DNA of 39,171 nucleotides from contig JBJESA010000129.1 of the NCBI GenBank assembly GCA_051882535.1, positions 1 to 39,171 of the forward strand, given 5' to 3'. Below are positions 16,602 to 26,408 of the stretch, piece by piece (position 1 is the stretch's first letter; every line of letters starts with the position of its first letter). A program made the position numbers and the translations under genes. The notes below the pieces were generated by a model. It saw only the letters and a program-made list of their open reading frames with translations. It searched no databases and had not been told where the DNA came from. This DNA is from Oscillospiraceae bacterium. GTDB lineage: Bacteria; Bacillota; Clostridia; Oscillospirales; Ruminococcaceae.

Positions 16602-17620
16602 GAATAGCGGTAATTTCCGTGACGGAGAAAGGACGTGTGATTTCCGAGAAAATCGCCGCGTTCCTCACAGGTCACAGTGTTTCACGGTACTGCTTTTACA
16701 AGCACTGCGATAGTGGTGCAAAATCGTTCGACAAAATGGGGGAACTCGTTGAGCAGCTTTTCCCTACAAATGACGCACTTGTATTTATTTGTGCCTGCGG
16801 GGTTGCGGTGCGGGTGACGGCTCCCCTCGTGAAAAGCAAGGCTGCTGACCCCGCGGTGGTCGTTGTGGACGATATGAGAAGATTCGCGATTTCGCTGTTG
16901 TCGGGACACCTTGGCGGTGCAAATCGGCTTGCCGAAATCGTGGCAGAGGCTATCTCCGCACAGCCTGTGATTACCACTTCGACAGATATTGGCGGCATCT
17001 TTTCGCCCGACAGTTTTGCGGCGGCAAATAACCTGTTGATAACGGATATGAATGCCGCAAAAGAGATTGCGGCGGCACTTACAAACGGCGAGAATGTCGC
17101 TTTGCACAGCGATTTTGCGTGTAAAAATAAGCCTGCGATTTTTTGTGAGAACGCAGACAAAGGCATCTGCATTTCCACTTCGGCAAAGAAGCCCTTTACG
17201 CTTACTCTCAACCTTATCCCCCGAAATATCGTACTTGGAATAGGCTGCAAAAAGGGAACGGACTGCGGGACAATTTCGGAATTTGTGGGGAGAATACTTT
17301 CCACAGCTGAAATAGATTTTCGTAGAGTGTGCGAGGTGGCAAGTATCGACCTCAAAAAAGACGAGGGCGGGCTGCTGGATTTTTGCAAATCCCTTGGTGT
17401 GGAGCTTCGGACATTCTCTGCGGAGGAATTGAGCGGAGTGCAGGGAGAGTTCACGGCTTCTGCATTTGTCAGCAGCGTCACGGGCGTTGACAACGTATGC
17501 GAGCGAAGTGCGGTTATGGCGGGCGGGGAGCTTATTCTCCGAAAGTGTGCCGAAAATGGCGTGACGGTTGCGGTAGCGGAATTGCCGGTTGAACTAGATT
17601 TTGAAAAGGAGATTTTCTGA
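16598..17620 (+). CDS. cbiG: Cobalt-precorrin-5A hydrolase
   Basis: DPAVVVVDD, SLLSGHLGGAN, PVITT, LGIGCKKG, VDNVCERSA. Confidence 0.94.
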   Translation: MRIAVISVTEKGRVISEKIAAFLTGHSVSRYCFYKHCDSGAKSFDKMGELVEQLFPTNDALVFICACGVAVRVTAPLVKSKAADPAVVVVDDMRRFAISLLSGHLGGANRLAEIVAEAISAQPVITTSTDIGGIFSPDSFAAANNLLITDMNAAKEIAAALTNGENVALHSDFACKNKPAIFCENADKGICISTSAKKPFTLTLNLIPRNIVLGIGCKKGTDCGTISEFVGRILSTAEIDFRRVCEVASIDLKKDEGGLLDFCKSLGVELRTFSAEELSGVQGEFTASAFVSSVTGVDNVCERSAVMAGGELILRKCAENGVTVAVAELPVELDFEKEIF

Positions 17621-18342
17621 TGTTATACATAGTCGGAATAGGCCCCGGAAGTGCGGAGGGAATGACGATACAGGCACAAAACGCAATTTCCCGAAGCGGG
17701 ATAGTTGTGGGCTACACCGTTTACAATGACTTGTTGAAGCCGATGTTTCCCGATAAGCAGTATGTCCAGACGCCAATGCGACAGGAGGTAGACCGAGTGC
17801 GTGCGGCGTTGGAACTAGCGGGGGAGAACACCGTTTCGCTTGTTTGCAGTGGCGACTGTGGCGTGTATGGAATGGCGGGACTGGCTTTGGAACTTGCGGG
17901 AGAGTACCCGAGAGTAGAAATCGAAGTTGTTGCGGGAGTGACCGCGGCACTGTCGGGCGGTGCGGTGCTTGGTGCTCCGCTGACGCACGATTTTGCGGTG
18001 ATAAGTCTTTCGGATTTGCTGACTCCATTGGAGAAGATTGAAAAGCGGCTGAAATGTGCAGCCGAAGCGGATTTTACGATTGCGGTATACAACCCGTCTT
18101 CCAAAAAACGTGCGGATTATCTTTCTCGTGCGTGCGACATTATTCTGGAATACCGAAGTGCGGAAACCGTTTGCGGCTGGGTAAAAAATATCGGCAGAGA
18201 GGGCGAGGAAAGCGGTGTTACAACTCTTTCCGAGCTTCGGGAAATGACTGTGGATATGTTCACCACCGTATTTATCGGCAACAGCGAAACACGGAACATC
18301 AATGGGAAAATGGTTACTCCGAGGGGCTATAAAAATGTCTGA
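17620..18342 (+). CDS. cbiH: Precorrin-3B C17-methyltransferase (CobJ/CbiH)
   Basis: VGIGPG, SGDCGVYGMAG, GAPLTHDF..ISLSDLLTP, YNPSS, MVTPRGY. Confidence 0.94.
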   Translation: MLYIVGIGPGSAEGMTIQAQNAISRSGIVVGYTVYNDLLKPMFPDKQYVQTPMRQEVDRVRAALELAGENTVSLVCSGDCGVYGMAGLALELAGEYPRVEIEVVAGVTAALSGGAVLGAPLTHDFAVISLSDLLTPLEKIEKRLKCAAEADFTIAVYNPSSKKRADYLSRACDIILEYRSAETVCGWVKNIGREGEESGVTTLSELREMTVDMFTTVFIGNSETRNINGKMVTPRGYKNV

Positions 18343-19087
18343 AATTCTGATTTTCGGTGGGACAACCGAGGGGCGTATTCTCGCGGAATACTGTGCGGCG
18401 AATGGTATTCCCGCATTGGTGAGCGTTACCACCGAATTTGGGGCAAGCCTGCTCCCGAACGAGGTGGAGTACTCTGCGGGAAAGATGGACGAGGGGCAGA
18501 TTTCTGCGTTTATCAAAGAACACGATTTTCGACTTGTTGTTGACTCTACCCACCCGTATGCACGAGTGGCGACTGCGAATATCAAGGCGGCTTGCGAGAG
18601 CCTGAAAGTCCCATATTACCGCGTTCTCCGTGAGGAAAGCGGGGAGATTTCGGGGCGGGTGTGCAAGGACATTTCGGCGGCTGCGGAGTTCCTCAACGAG
18701 AGCGAAAAGCGGGTTCTGATTACAACAGGCAGCAAGGAACTTGCAGTATTTACAGGAGTGCGAAACTTCGCCGAGCGGCTGTTTGTGCGAGTTCTCCCCG
18801 CCGAGGGAATAGAGGAACAATGCGTTTCGCTTGGCTTTCGCAGAGAGAATCTCATCATAGAAAAAGGCCCGTTTTCAGTGGAACAGAATGTCGTACAAAT
18901 CCGTGCGACAGGTGCAGAAATACTTGTTACAAAAGAGAGTGGCAGTGCGGGAGGATACCCCGAAAAGTGCGAAGCCGCCCGACTTTGCGGAATAGAGCTT
19001 CTCACAATTCTACGACCGGAAGAAAGCGGAATAAGCGTGGAAGAAATGAAGAAAATTCTCATAAAGGAGCGACTATGGGAAAGATAA
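18335..19087 (+). CDS. cbiJ: Precorrin-6A reductase (CobK/CbiJ)
   Basis: IFGGTTEGR, VDSTHPYA, TTGSKEL, GPFS, TKESG..GG..EK. Confidence 0.93.
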   Translation: MSEILIFGGTTEGRILAEYCAANGIPALVSVTTEFGASLLPNEVEYSAGKMDEGQISAFIKEHDFRLVVDSTHPYARVATANIKAACESLKVPYYRVLREESGEISGRVCKDISAAAEFLNESEKRVLITTGSKELAVFTGVRNFAERLFVRVLPAEGIEEQCVSLGFRRENLIIEKGPFSVEQNVVQIRATGAEILVTKESGSAGGYPEKCEAARLCGIELLTILRPEESGISVEEMKKILIKERLWER

Positions 19088-20274
19088 CGATAGCGGGAAT
19101 AGGAATGGACGGTGCGGCAACCATCACCGCCGAAGCAAGGACTGCAATTGAGCGTGCGGAAGTGCTTATCGGTGCGGAGCGTATGCTAAAGCCGTTTAAG
19201 GCACTCGGAAAGAAGATGATTTCGGAGTATCGTGCGGAGGAAATTCTGCGTATTATCGGCGAGAATTCCGAGGCGGAAATCTGCGTTCTGATGTCGGGCG
19301 ACAGCGGTTTTTTCAGCGGCACGGAGCGGCTGACAAAACTACTAAACGAGTGTGGGAAGCCTGCCGATGTGATATGTGGGGTGTCGTCATTGTCCTACTT
19401 TTCAGCAAAAATTGATAAGCCGTGGCAGGATATGAAAATTGTAAATCTCCACGGGAACACCGCGAATATCGCAAGAGCGGTTGCACGAAATCAATATTGC
19501 TTCTTCCTGCTTGGTGGCGATAATACTCCCGCTGCGGTATGTCGGAGGCTTTGCGAGTACGGTTTGGGTGAGGTGGACGTATTCGTGGGCAGCGACCTTG
19601 CATATCCCAACGAGCGGATAATGCGGGGAAAGGCGAGTGAGTTCTGTGAAACGGACGTTTCGGGGCTGTGCGTGCTGGTGACGGAGAACCATTCGCACGA
19701 ACAAGGGGTGCGTATCGGCATCTCGGACGAGGAATTCACACGCGGCAATGTCCCCATGACTAAATCCGAGGTGCGGAGCGTTGTCATTTCGAAATTGCAA
19801 ATCCCCGAAAAAGGAGTGTGCTGGGATTTGGGCTGCGGCACTGGCTCTGTTTCCATCGAAATGGCACTTGCCTGCTGTGACGGCACGGTGTATTCTGTTG
19901 ACAAGAGCGAGGAAGCGGTATCGCTCACCAAATCGAACGCAATGAAATTCCGCTGCGACAATATCTGTGCCGTTTCGGGAAATATCCCCGAAGTGCTTGC
20001 CGAACTTCCCGCACCCGACAGCGTGTTTGTCGGTGGGGCAAGCGGGCAAATCGGGGCTGTGCTGGACGAGGTGTATTCCCGCAATCCAAAGGCGGCTGTT
20101 GCGGTTACCGCCGTATCCCTCGAAACGCTTAACGAAGCGGCTTCTGCGTTCGACAGGCACGGTATTTCCCCGCAGATTGTACAGATTGCAGTTACCCGCA
20201 CAAAGCGGCTTGGCAGCCACACGATGTTCTCCGCCGAAAACCCGATTTTTGTTATCACGGCGTCACAAAGATAA
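19075..20274 (+). CDS. cbiET: Bifunctional precorrin-6Y C5,15-methyltransferase (decarboxylating), CbiE-CbiT fusion
   Basis: IAGIGM, MSGDSGFFSG N-terminal methyltransferase; PMTKSEVR, WDLGCGTGSVSIE, VFVGG C-terminal domain; AAGGAG RBS before ATG 19075. Confidence 0.93.
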   Translation: MGKITIAGIGMDGAATITAEARTAIERAEVLIGAERMLKPFKALGKKMISEYRAEEILRIIGENSEAEICVLMSGDSGFFSGTERLTKLLNECGKPADVICGVSSLSYFSAKIDKPWQDMKIVNLHGNTANIARAVARNQYCFFLLGGDNTPAAVCRRLCEYGLGEVDVFVGSDLAYPNERIMRGKASEFCETDVSGLCVLVTENHSHEQGVRIGISDEEFTRGNVPMTKSEVRSVVISKLQIPEKGVCWDLGCGTGSVSIEMALACCDGTVYSVDKSEEAVSLTKSNAMKFRCDNICAVSGNIPEVLAELPAPDSVFVGGASGQIGAVLDEVYSRNPKAAVAVTAVSLETLNEAASAFDRHGISPQIVQIAVTRTKRLGSHTMFSAENPIFVITASQR

Positions 20275-20352
20275 ATCGGGTGAAATTCTTCACAAGAAAA
20301 AATCTCCTCACAAGCGTCTTTTGGTGAAAATGATGATTTTGGAAAAAACTGC

Positions 20353-20381
20353 TTGAAAACTTGTGGGAATTGTGATATTAT
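20353..20381 (+). promoter_or_regulatory. Sigma-A promoter upstream of the riboswitch
   Basis: TTGAAA-N17-TATTAT with extended TG. Confidence 0.65.
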
Positions 20382-20412
20382 AATCATTGGTATTCATGAG
20401 TACAAATTGAAT

Positions 20413-20592
20413 AAGTGATATGCGGTGCCTCCACACATTTTTGTGGCTGGAGGGTAAAAGGGAAGCAGGTGTAAGTCCTGCACGATCTCGTCACTGTATT
20501 AAGGGAGTGTGCGGCTGTTTGCCACTGGCTGAAAGGCTGGGAAGGTTGCCCTACATGATGATCTTTAAGTCAGGAAACCTGCCGTATGTCTG
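20413..20592 (+). ncRNA. Cobalamin riboswitch (B12 element)
   Basis: Hallmarks GGTGC, AAAAGGGAA, CAGGTGTAAGTCCTG, CACTGT, GCCACTGG..GGGAAGG, AGTCAGGAAACCTGCC; between cbi genes and a Btu-like importer. Ends approximate. Confidence 0.92.
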
Positions 20593-20639
20593 TACAGGAA
20601 TTACAATTCCGGATCACGAGGTATTGATCGTACGTACTT

Positions 20640-20670
20640 GGACGCCGCTTTCGGGCGGGGTCTTGTTTGT
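20640..20670 (+). terminator. Riboswitch expression-platform terminator
   Basis: GGAC-GCCGCT-TTCG-GGCGG-GGTCTT imperfect hairpin followed by a T-rich tail. Confidence 0.6.
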
Positions 20671-20759
20671 CGTGCTTTCTGTGATTGGAACAGGAGGCAT
20701 TTTTTGTATCATATCTCATCTGATTTACCATTCTGAAATTACTTTTTGGAGGAAGAAAG

Positions 20760-21335
20760 ATGAAAAAGAAAACTCTACTTACTGTTGCTGCAATTTTTGC
20801 GGCAATGACCATGCTTGCAGGCTGCAACAATGCGGAGAATTCCGCTCAATCTGGGCAGTCGAGCCAGTCCGACACGACACAGGAGAGCAGCACCCCCGAA
20901 TCTTCTGTTGATTCGTCAGATGCTTCTGTCGAATCAAGCACATCTACCGAATCAACCACCAATTCCGAGCCTGATACTCCCGCAGAGGAAAAACCAGTAT
21001 CCGCAAGCGAACTTGGGCTAAAAGACGGCAAGTATTACGTTGATGTAACTCTTGAGGGCGGTTCCGGTAAAACGAAGGTTAAATCTCCCGCTGAGATGGA
21101 AGTGTTTGAGGGAAACGCTTATGTTACGATAGAGTTCAGCAGTTCAAATTACACTTACATTAAAATAAACGGTATAGAGATCCCAAAGGATAATGACGAG
21201 GGCAATTCACAATTCTTTACTCTTGTACGTTTTGATTATCATATGCCCGTTATTGCAAACACAACAGCAATGGGCAATCCTCACGAGATTGAGTACACGA
21301 TGTATTTCGATTCTAAAACAATAGTCAAAAGATGA
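20760..21335 (+). CDS. Lipoprotein with Ser/Thr-rich linker and beta-rich C-terminal domain (possibly NEAT-like); candidate corrinoid-binding protein
   Basis: Lipobox LAGC; ~60 aa S/T/E/P linker; domain GKYYVDVTLEGGSGK..SSSNYTYI..ANTTAMGNPHEIEY; first gene under the riboswitch. Confidence 0.7.
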   Translation: MKKKTLLTVAAIFAAMTMLAGCNNAENSAQSGQSSQSDTTQESSTPESSVDSSDASVESSTSTESTTNSEPDTPAEEKPVSASELGLKDGKYYVDVTLEGGSGKTKVKSPAEMEVFEGNAYVTIEFSSSNYTYIKINGIEIPKDNDEGNSQFFTLVRFDYHMPVIANTTAMGNPHEIEYTMYFDSKTIVKR

Positions 21336-22489
21336 AGCGATTTTTATTGTCTGCAGCACTTAGCTGTGCTGTTTTACTTTCTTTTGCTGCGTGTGCTCCG
21401 CAGACGGAAATTTCTTCGACTACGGAGCAGAGTGAGCCAATTGAGCAAATTGACCAGAGCCAAAGTGTGGAACTCCTGTATGCACAGGAGTTTTCCATTA
21501 AGCGTTATCCCAACGGTATCTCGCTGGTTACAATAGGCGAAAGCGACCGTTTTGTTGTCGCGGATAAGGGAACGGAAATTCCGAAAAATTTCGCGGACGC
21601 TACAGTGATTTACCGACCTGTGGAAAATATCTACTCGGCGGCATCATCGTCAATGGATTTTTTCCACGAACTCGACTGTATGGAAAGCGTTGCTATGACC
21701 TCCACGAAAGCGAGCGACTGGAGCCTTGACTATATGCAAGAGCTTCTTGGCAGCGAAAAAATCGTATATGTCGGCAAGTACAGTGCTCCCGATTACGAGT
21801 ATATTGCGTCGGCGGACTGCGGTCTGGCACTGGAGTCGCAGATGATAACGCACAGCCCCGAAATCAAGGAGAAGCTGGAGGCACTCGGAATCCCCGTAAT
21901 GGTGGAGCGTTCAAGCTACGAAGCACACCCGCTCGGCAGACTGGAGTGGATAAAGCTGTACGGCGAACTTCTCGGAAAGCAGGAGCTGGCACAGCAGATT
22001 TTCGACGAGAAAAACGCGATGGTAGCCGAAATTCTCACCGATGAACGCACGGAAAAAACTGCCGCATTCTTTTATATCAGCACAAGCGGTGCTGTTAATG
22101 TACGCAAGCCGGGGGACTATATCTCCAAAATGATAGAGCTTGCCGGAGGAAATTACATCTTTACCTCTGATGATTTATCGGTAGATGAAAACGCACTTTC
22201 CACAATGAATATTCAGATGGAAACCTTCTACGCAAAGGCGAAAGACGCGGATTTCCTAATCTACAACGGCACGATTGACGGAGAACTCACAATGCTTGAC
22301 GACCTTATCGCCAAAGATGCACTCTTCGCGGATTTTAAGGCGGTGCGTGAGGGGAATGTGTGGTGCTCGGGAAAGAATATGTATCAGCAGACCACAGGTG
22401 CTGCCGATATGATTTCCGATTTTCACAAGATTTTTACTGGAAAAGCGACAGACGGCGAACCGCTTACTTACCTTTATCGCCTGAAATAA
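21332..22489 (+). CDS. Cobalamin/iron-siderophore ABC substrate-binding lipoprotein (BtuF-like)
   Basis: Lipobox FAAC, VGKYSAPDYE, E.HPLGRLEWIKLYG, AVREGNVW; riboswitch context. Confidence 0.88.
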   Translation: MKRFLLSAALSCAVLLSFAACAPQTEISSTTEQSEPIEQIDQSQSVELLYAQEFSIKRYPNGISLVTIGESDRFVVADKGTEIPKNFADATVIYRPVENIYSAASSSMDFFHELDCMESVAMTSTKASDWSLDYMQELLGSEKIVYVGKYSAPDYEYIASADCGLALESQMITHSPEIKEKLEALGIPVMVERSSYEAHPLGRLEWIKLYGELLGKQELAQQIFDEKNAMVAEILTDERTEKTAAFFYISTSGAVNVRKPGDYISKMIELAGGNYIFTSDDLSVDENALSTMNIQMETFYAKAKDADFLIYNGTIDGELTMLDDLIAKDALFADFKAVREGNVWCSGKNMYQQTTGAADMISDFHKIFTGKATDGEPLTYLYRLK

Positions 22490-22511
22490 TTCAAGGAGAA
22501 CGCACGGACGT

Positions 22512-23531
22512 ATGGAGAAGAAACGAATTGCAAGATATGTCGCCTGTTTTGTGGTACTTATCATCTTTCTTGTCGTGCTGATGGGGCTGAATCTGTTTTC
22601 GGGGAGCGTGAATTTGTCGTTCTCCGATGTGATAAGCTCGTTGTTCAGCGGGGAGGGGACTGCGGGCAGCATTATTCGCAGAATTCGCCTGCCGCGTCTT
22701 ATTGCGGCGACTATACTTGGCGGTGCATTGTCTGTGTCGGGTTTTCTTCTCCAGAGTTTTTTTGCAAATCCGATTGCGGGGCCGTTCGTGCTTGGTATTT
22801 CATCGGGGGCGAAGCTGGTTGTCGCACTGACTTTGGTGTTCTTTATGGGGCGGGGGATTGCTCTTGGCTCGGCGGCACTTATTCTCGCTTCGTTTATCGG
22901 CTCGATGATTTCGATGGGATTTATCCTGCTGATTTCGGGTAAGGTGCAGAGAATGTCGCTGCTGGTAATATGCGGCGTTATGATAGGCTACATCTGCTCG
23001 GCGATAACGGACTTGGTGGTCACATTTGCGAACGACTCTAATATTGTAAATCTCCACAACTGGTCTATGGGCAGCTTTTCGGGTACAGATTGGGGCGATA
23101 TTATTACAATGTCGTGCGTGGTTTTCCCCGCGTTGATTGCCTCATTCCTGCTCTCAAAACCGATGAGTGCATATCAGCTTGGTGAGAACTACGCAAAGAC
23201 GATGGGCGTTAATGTAAAGCTGTTTCGTTTAGCACTGGTGCTGCTGTCGGGACTGCTTTCTTCCTGTGTGACGGCGTTTGCAGGGCCTATCTCGTTTGTT
23301 GGAATTGCTGTTCCGCATATTGTGAAGAATATGTTAGGCACGGCGAAACCTATTCTGGTGATTCCCGCGTCCTTTTTAGGCGGAGCGGTGTTCTGCCTTG
23401 GCTGCGACCTTATCGCACGAACATTGTTTGCACCGACGGAACTATCTATTAGTTCGGTTACGGCAATATTTGGTGCCCCTATCGTTATCTGGATAATGCT
23501 CAGCCGAGAGAAAAGCTCGAAGAAAGGATAA
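22512..23531 (+). CDS. FecCD/BtuC-family permease
   Basis: IRLPR, NPIAGPFVLGISSGA, GPISFVGIAVPH, DLIAR, GAP. Confidence 0.92.
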   Translation: MEKKRIARYVACFVVLIIFLVVLMGLNLFSGSVNLSFSDVISSLFSGEGTAGSIIRRIRLPRLIAATILGGALSVSGFLLQSFFANPIAGPFVLGISSGAKLVVALTLVFFMGRGIALGSAALILASFIGSMISMGFILLISGKVQRMSLLVICGVMIGYICSAITDLVVTFANDSNIVNLHNWSMGSFSGTDWGDIITMSCVVFPALIASFLLSKPMSAYQLGENYAKTMGVNVKLFRLALVLLSGLLSSCVTAFAGPISFVGIAVPHIVKNMLGTAKPILVIPASFLGGAVFCLGCDLIARTLFAPTELSISSVTAIFGAPIVIWIMLSREKSSKKG

Positions 23532-23534
23532 TCT

Positions 23535-24644
23535 ATGGAGAACATCATTTCAACAGAGCGGCTTTCAGTCGGCTACAGTAAGCGAATTGTAATCGAGGGT
23601 GTGGACATTTCCGTTCGTTCGGGGGAGATTCTTACTATTATCGGGCCTAACGGTGCGGGAAAATCTACGCTCTTGAAAACCTTGGTGCGGCAGCTTGCTC
23701 CGCTTTCGGGAAATGTGGCTGTCTGCGGGAAAGATATTGCTGATATGAGCGGCAGGGAATTTTCGCGTAATGTTTCCGCATTGATGACCGAGCGGCTTCA
23801 CACGGAACTTATGACTTGCCGCGATGTTGTGGCACAGGGACGCTATCCGCATACGGGACGGCTAGGGCTACTCTCAGAGAAAGACAATCGTGCGGCAGAT
23901 AACGCATTGGAGCTTGTAGGGGCGATGGAACTTGCGGATTTGGATATTCGCAGGATAAGCGATGGACAGCGGCAGCGTGTTCTGTTGGCAAGGGCGATTT
24001 GTCAGGAGCCGCAGCTTCTGGTAATGGACGAGCCAACGTCATTCCTTGATATTCGCCACAAGCTGGAGTTTTTCAGCGTGCTGAAAAAACTGGTGCGTGA
24101 GCGAGAAATCGCGGTTATAATGTCGCTGCACGAACTGGATTTGGCACAGAAAATCTCAGACAGCGTGCTGTGCGTTTCGGACGGCAATCCCGACCGATTC
24201 GGAAGTCCCGAGGAAGTATTCGAGGAGCAGTATATCCGGAAACTCTTTGGGATTACGAACGGCAGTTTCAACGACAAATTCGGTTCGGTGGAACTTTCTC
24301 GTATAAGCGGTAAACCGCAGGTGTTCGTAATAGGCGGGGGCGGTGCGGGGATTCCCGTATACCGCAGTCTTCAGCGAATGGGAATACCGTTTGCGGCAGG
24401 CGTTTTGGGGGAGAATGATATTGAATATCCCACAGCCCTTGCACTAGCCGTAACGGTGGTGTCCGAAGCAGCATTTGAGCCAATAAGTCAGCAGTCTTTT
24501 GACAAGGCAGCCGAGATTATGGACGCTTGTCCCAAGGTGATATGTGCCGTCGAAAAATTCGGCACAGCAAACGCCCTCAACGATAAGCTAAAGCAGCTTG
24601 CAGATGGGAAAATTGTAACTATAAATGACTTTCGAAAAAAATAA
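23535..24644 (+). CDS. BtuD/FecE-like ABC ATPase with ~110 aa C-terminal extension
   Basis: GPNGAGKST, QGRYPH, ISDGQRQR, DEPTSFLD, LHELD; extra domain VFVIGGGGAG..GVLGENDIE. Confidence 0.9.
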   Translation: MENIISTERLSVGYSKRIVIEGVDISVRSGEILTIIGPNGAGKSTLLKTLVRQLAPLSGNVAVCGKDIADMSGREFSRNVSALMTERLHTELMTCRDVVAQGRYPHTGRLGLLSEKDNRAADNALELVGAMELADLDIRRISDGQRQRVLLARAICQEPQLLVMDEPTSFLDIRHKLEFFSVLKKLVREREIAVIMSLHELDLAQKISDSVLCVSDGNPDRFGSPEEVFEEQYIRKLFGITNGSFNDKFGSVELSRISGKPQVFVIGGGGAGIPVYRSLQRMGIPFAAGVLGENDIEYPTALALAVTVVSEAAFEPISQQSFDKAAEIMDACPKVICAVEKFGTANALNDKLKQLADGKIVTINDFRKK

Positions 24645-24649
24645 CAGAC

Positions 24650-24683
24650 AAAAATCACCGAAGTCGTGTGGCTTCGGTGATTT
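24650..24683. terminator. Bidirectional terminator between convergent genes
   Basis: AAATCACCGAAG / CTTCGGTGATTT 12 bp stem. Confidence 0.8.
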
Positions 24684-24688
24684 CTATA

Positions 24689-26305
24689 CTATAGGAATTT
24701 TGCAAGAACCCGCTTCAGTTTATCCACATCAATCGGCTTGCTGATATGCTCATTCATTCCGTTTGCAAAAGCCTCACGGCGATCCTCGTCAAAAGCATTT
24801 GCGGTCATCGCCACAATCGGAATAGACGACAGGCGGGTATCCACCATACGTCTGATTTCGCTTGTTGCATGGTATCCGTCCATCTTCGGCATCTGAATAT
24901 CCATCAGCACCAGATTGAAGTGACCGGGTGCGGAGTGGGCTATTTTGTTTACCGCTTCAACGCCGTTCGCAGCGGTTTCCACTTCAAGTCCCATTTCACC
25001 GAGTATTACGCAGGCTACTTCTCTGTTCAGGTCGTTGTCCTCTGCAAGGAGAACACGTTTGCCGGAGAAATCGACCTTTGATTCTTTTTGTAGTTCTCCG
25101 TCTGCTTCAAGGTGGTCGGTTTTGGGCAGATGCAGCTTTACGATAAATTCGGTGCCGTAGCCCAATTTGCTGTTGAAATCAATTTCGCCGTCCATCAGTT
25201 CAACCAACTTGCGTGCGATTGCAAGTCCAAGTCCGCTGCCCTTAATGCCACTTTCGGTGCTGGAGCGTTCACGCTCAAACTCCTCGTATGCGTGTTTCTG
25301 GAATTCAGGGCTCATACCGATTCCGGTGTCTTTCACGGAGAATACATACGTTTCGGGAGCGGTCTGCTCGCCGCGAACGATAACCGTTCCTCCTGCCGGT
25401 GTGAATTTCAGCGAATTGGAAATCAGATTGATAAATATCTGGAGAAGCTTCGTAATATCGCCGATTACAATCTTGTCCCGGAAGTTGCTCTCGATTAAGA
25501 ATCGGATATCCGCAGCCTTCATATCAGAGCCAAAAAGCGATTGCAGGCTTTTCATCAATTCGTCCAGATCCATAGGCGATAAATCAAGAATTGCTTTGCC
25601 GCTTTCAATGCGTGATACATTGAGAACATCGTCCAGCAGCTTCAGCAGCACACCGCCCGCCTCTTTAACCTTGTGAACTGCGTCAAGCACGCGGTTTTCA
25701 TCGTTGCAGTTCTTTTCAATGATATCGGAAAAACCCATAATCGCATTCATGGGCGTTCTGATATCGTGCGACATATTGAACAGGAAAGAAGTCTTCGCCT
25801 TGCTTGCTTTCTCCGCTTGCTGACGTGCCTCTTTCTCCAGACGTGCGAGCTGGTCGAGCGGTTCCATATTTTTGAGATACGTTAGTCCCAATAAGTCGCC
25901 GTTTGTGGAATCCTTGTAGAGGATAACGTGCTGCTCGGCAAGAATGGGATTATCGAGAATATCCTTCGACCAGTATGTATGAGAGATATGACGCTTGCCG
26001 TTTTCATAGCATTTTTCGAGATGCTTTAAGTCGAAGAACGTGAAAAAAGCGGGCTGCTCCTCAGGAGAAAGCCGATTTCCCAAGTAGTTGACCATATCGG
26101 TGTAAGGGCAGTGCGGGGGCAGCCCTATCTTTTCGGTGATTGAGTATTCCACACCGTCTATGACTTGAATGGGAGTACCCAGTATTATATTTTGGGTGAC
26201 ATTAAAATCGTAGTACGCACCTGCACATTCCGAGAGTGCGGAGATCAGAATCTCCTCGTGCTTCTTTATCATTTCAGGGGGAAAAACGTGTTCGATAAGT
26301 GACAT
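24689..26305 (-). CDS. Soluble hybrid sensor histidine kinase/response regulator
   Basis: H-box MSHDIRTPMN, N-box NLISNSLKFT, DTGIG, GSGLGL, receiver LAEDN..LMDIQMP..KP; no TM segment; ATG 26305 has a GAGGA RBS (TTG 26389 is the alternative). Confidence 0.88.
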   Translation of the reverse strand: MSLIEHVFPPEMIKKHEEILISALSECAGAYYDFNVTQNIILGTPIQVIDGVEYSITEKIGLPPHCPYTDMVNYLGNRLSPEEQPAFFTFFDLKHLEKCYENGKRHISHTYWSKDILDNPILAEQHVILYKDSTNGDLLGLTYLKNMEPLDQLARLEKEARQQAEKASKAKTSFLFNMSHDIRTPMNAIMGFSDIIEKNCNDENRVLDAVHKVKEAGGVLLKLLDDVLNVSRIESGKAILDLSPMDLDELMKSLQSLFGSDMKAADIRFLIESNFRDKIVIGDITKLLQIFINLISNSLKFTPAGGTVIVRGEQTAPETYVFSVKDTGIGMSPEFQKHAYEEFERERSSTESGIKGSGLGLAIARKLVELMDGEIDFNSKLGYGTEFIVKLHLPKTDHLEADGELQKESKVDFSGKRVLLAEDNDLNREVACVILGEMGLEVETAANGVEAVNKIAHSAPGHFNLVLMDIQMPKMDGYHATSEIRRMVDTRLSSIPIVAMTANAFDEDRREAFANGMNEHISKPIDVDKLKRVLAKFL

Positions 26306-26408
26306 ATATTCCTCGCTTCTGTAGTATTGCCGTAAGGCAGCTTGTCCCGAATTGGCGGGGGATTGCAGCCAATTGAATAAACGGTACAATATTCCATTAT
26401 TACTTGTT

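Noticed and set aside
18661-19074. 138 aa N-terminal extension of cbiET
   Set aside because: Overlaps cbiJ in another frame; AAGGAG RBS precedes ATG 19075.
20420-20911. 163 aa ORF over the riboswitch
   Set aside because: Region is explained by the cobalamin riboswitch, its terminator and the lipoprotein gene.
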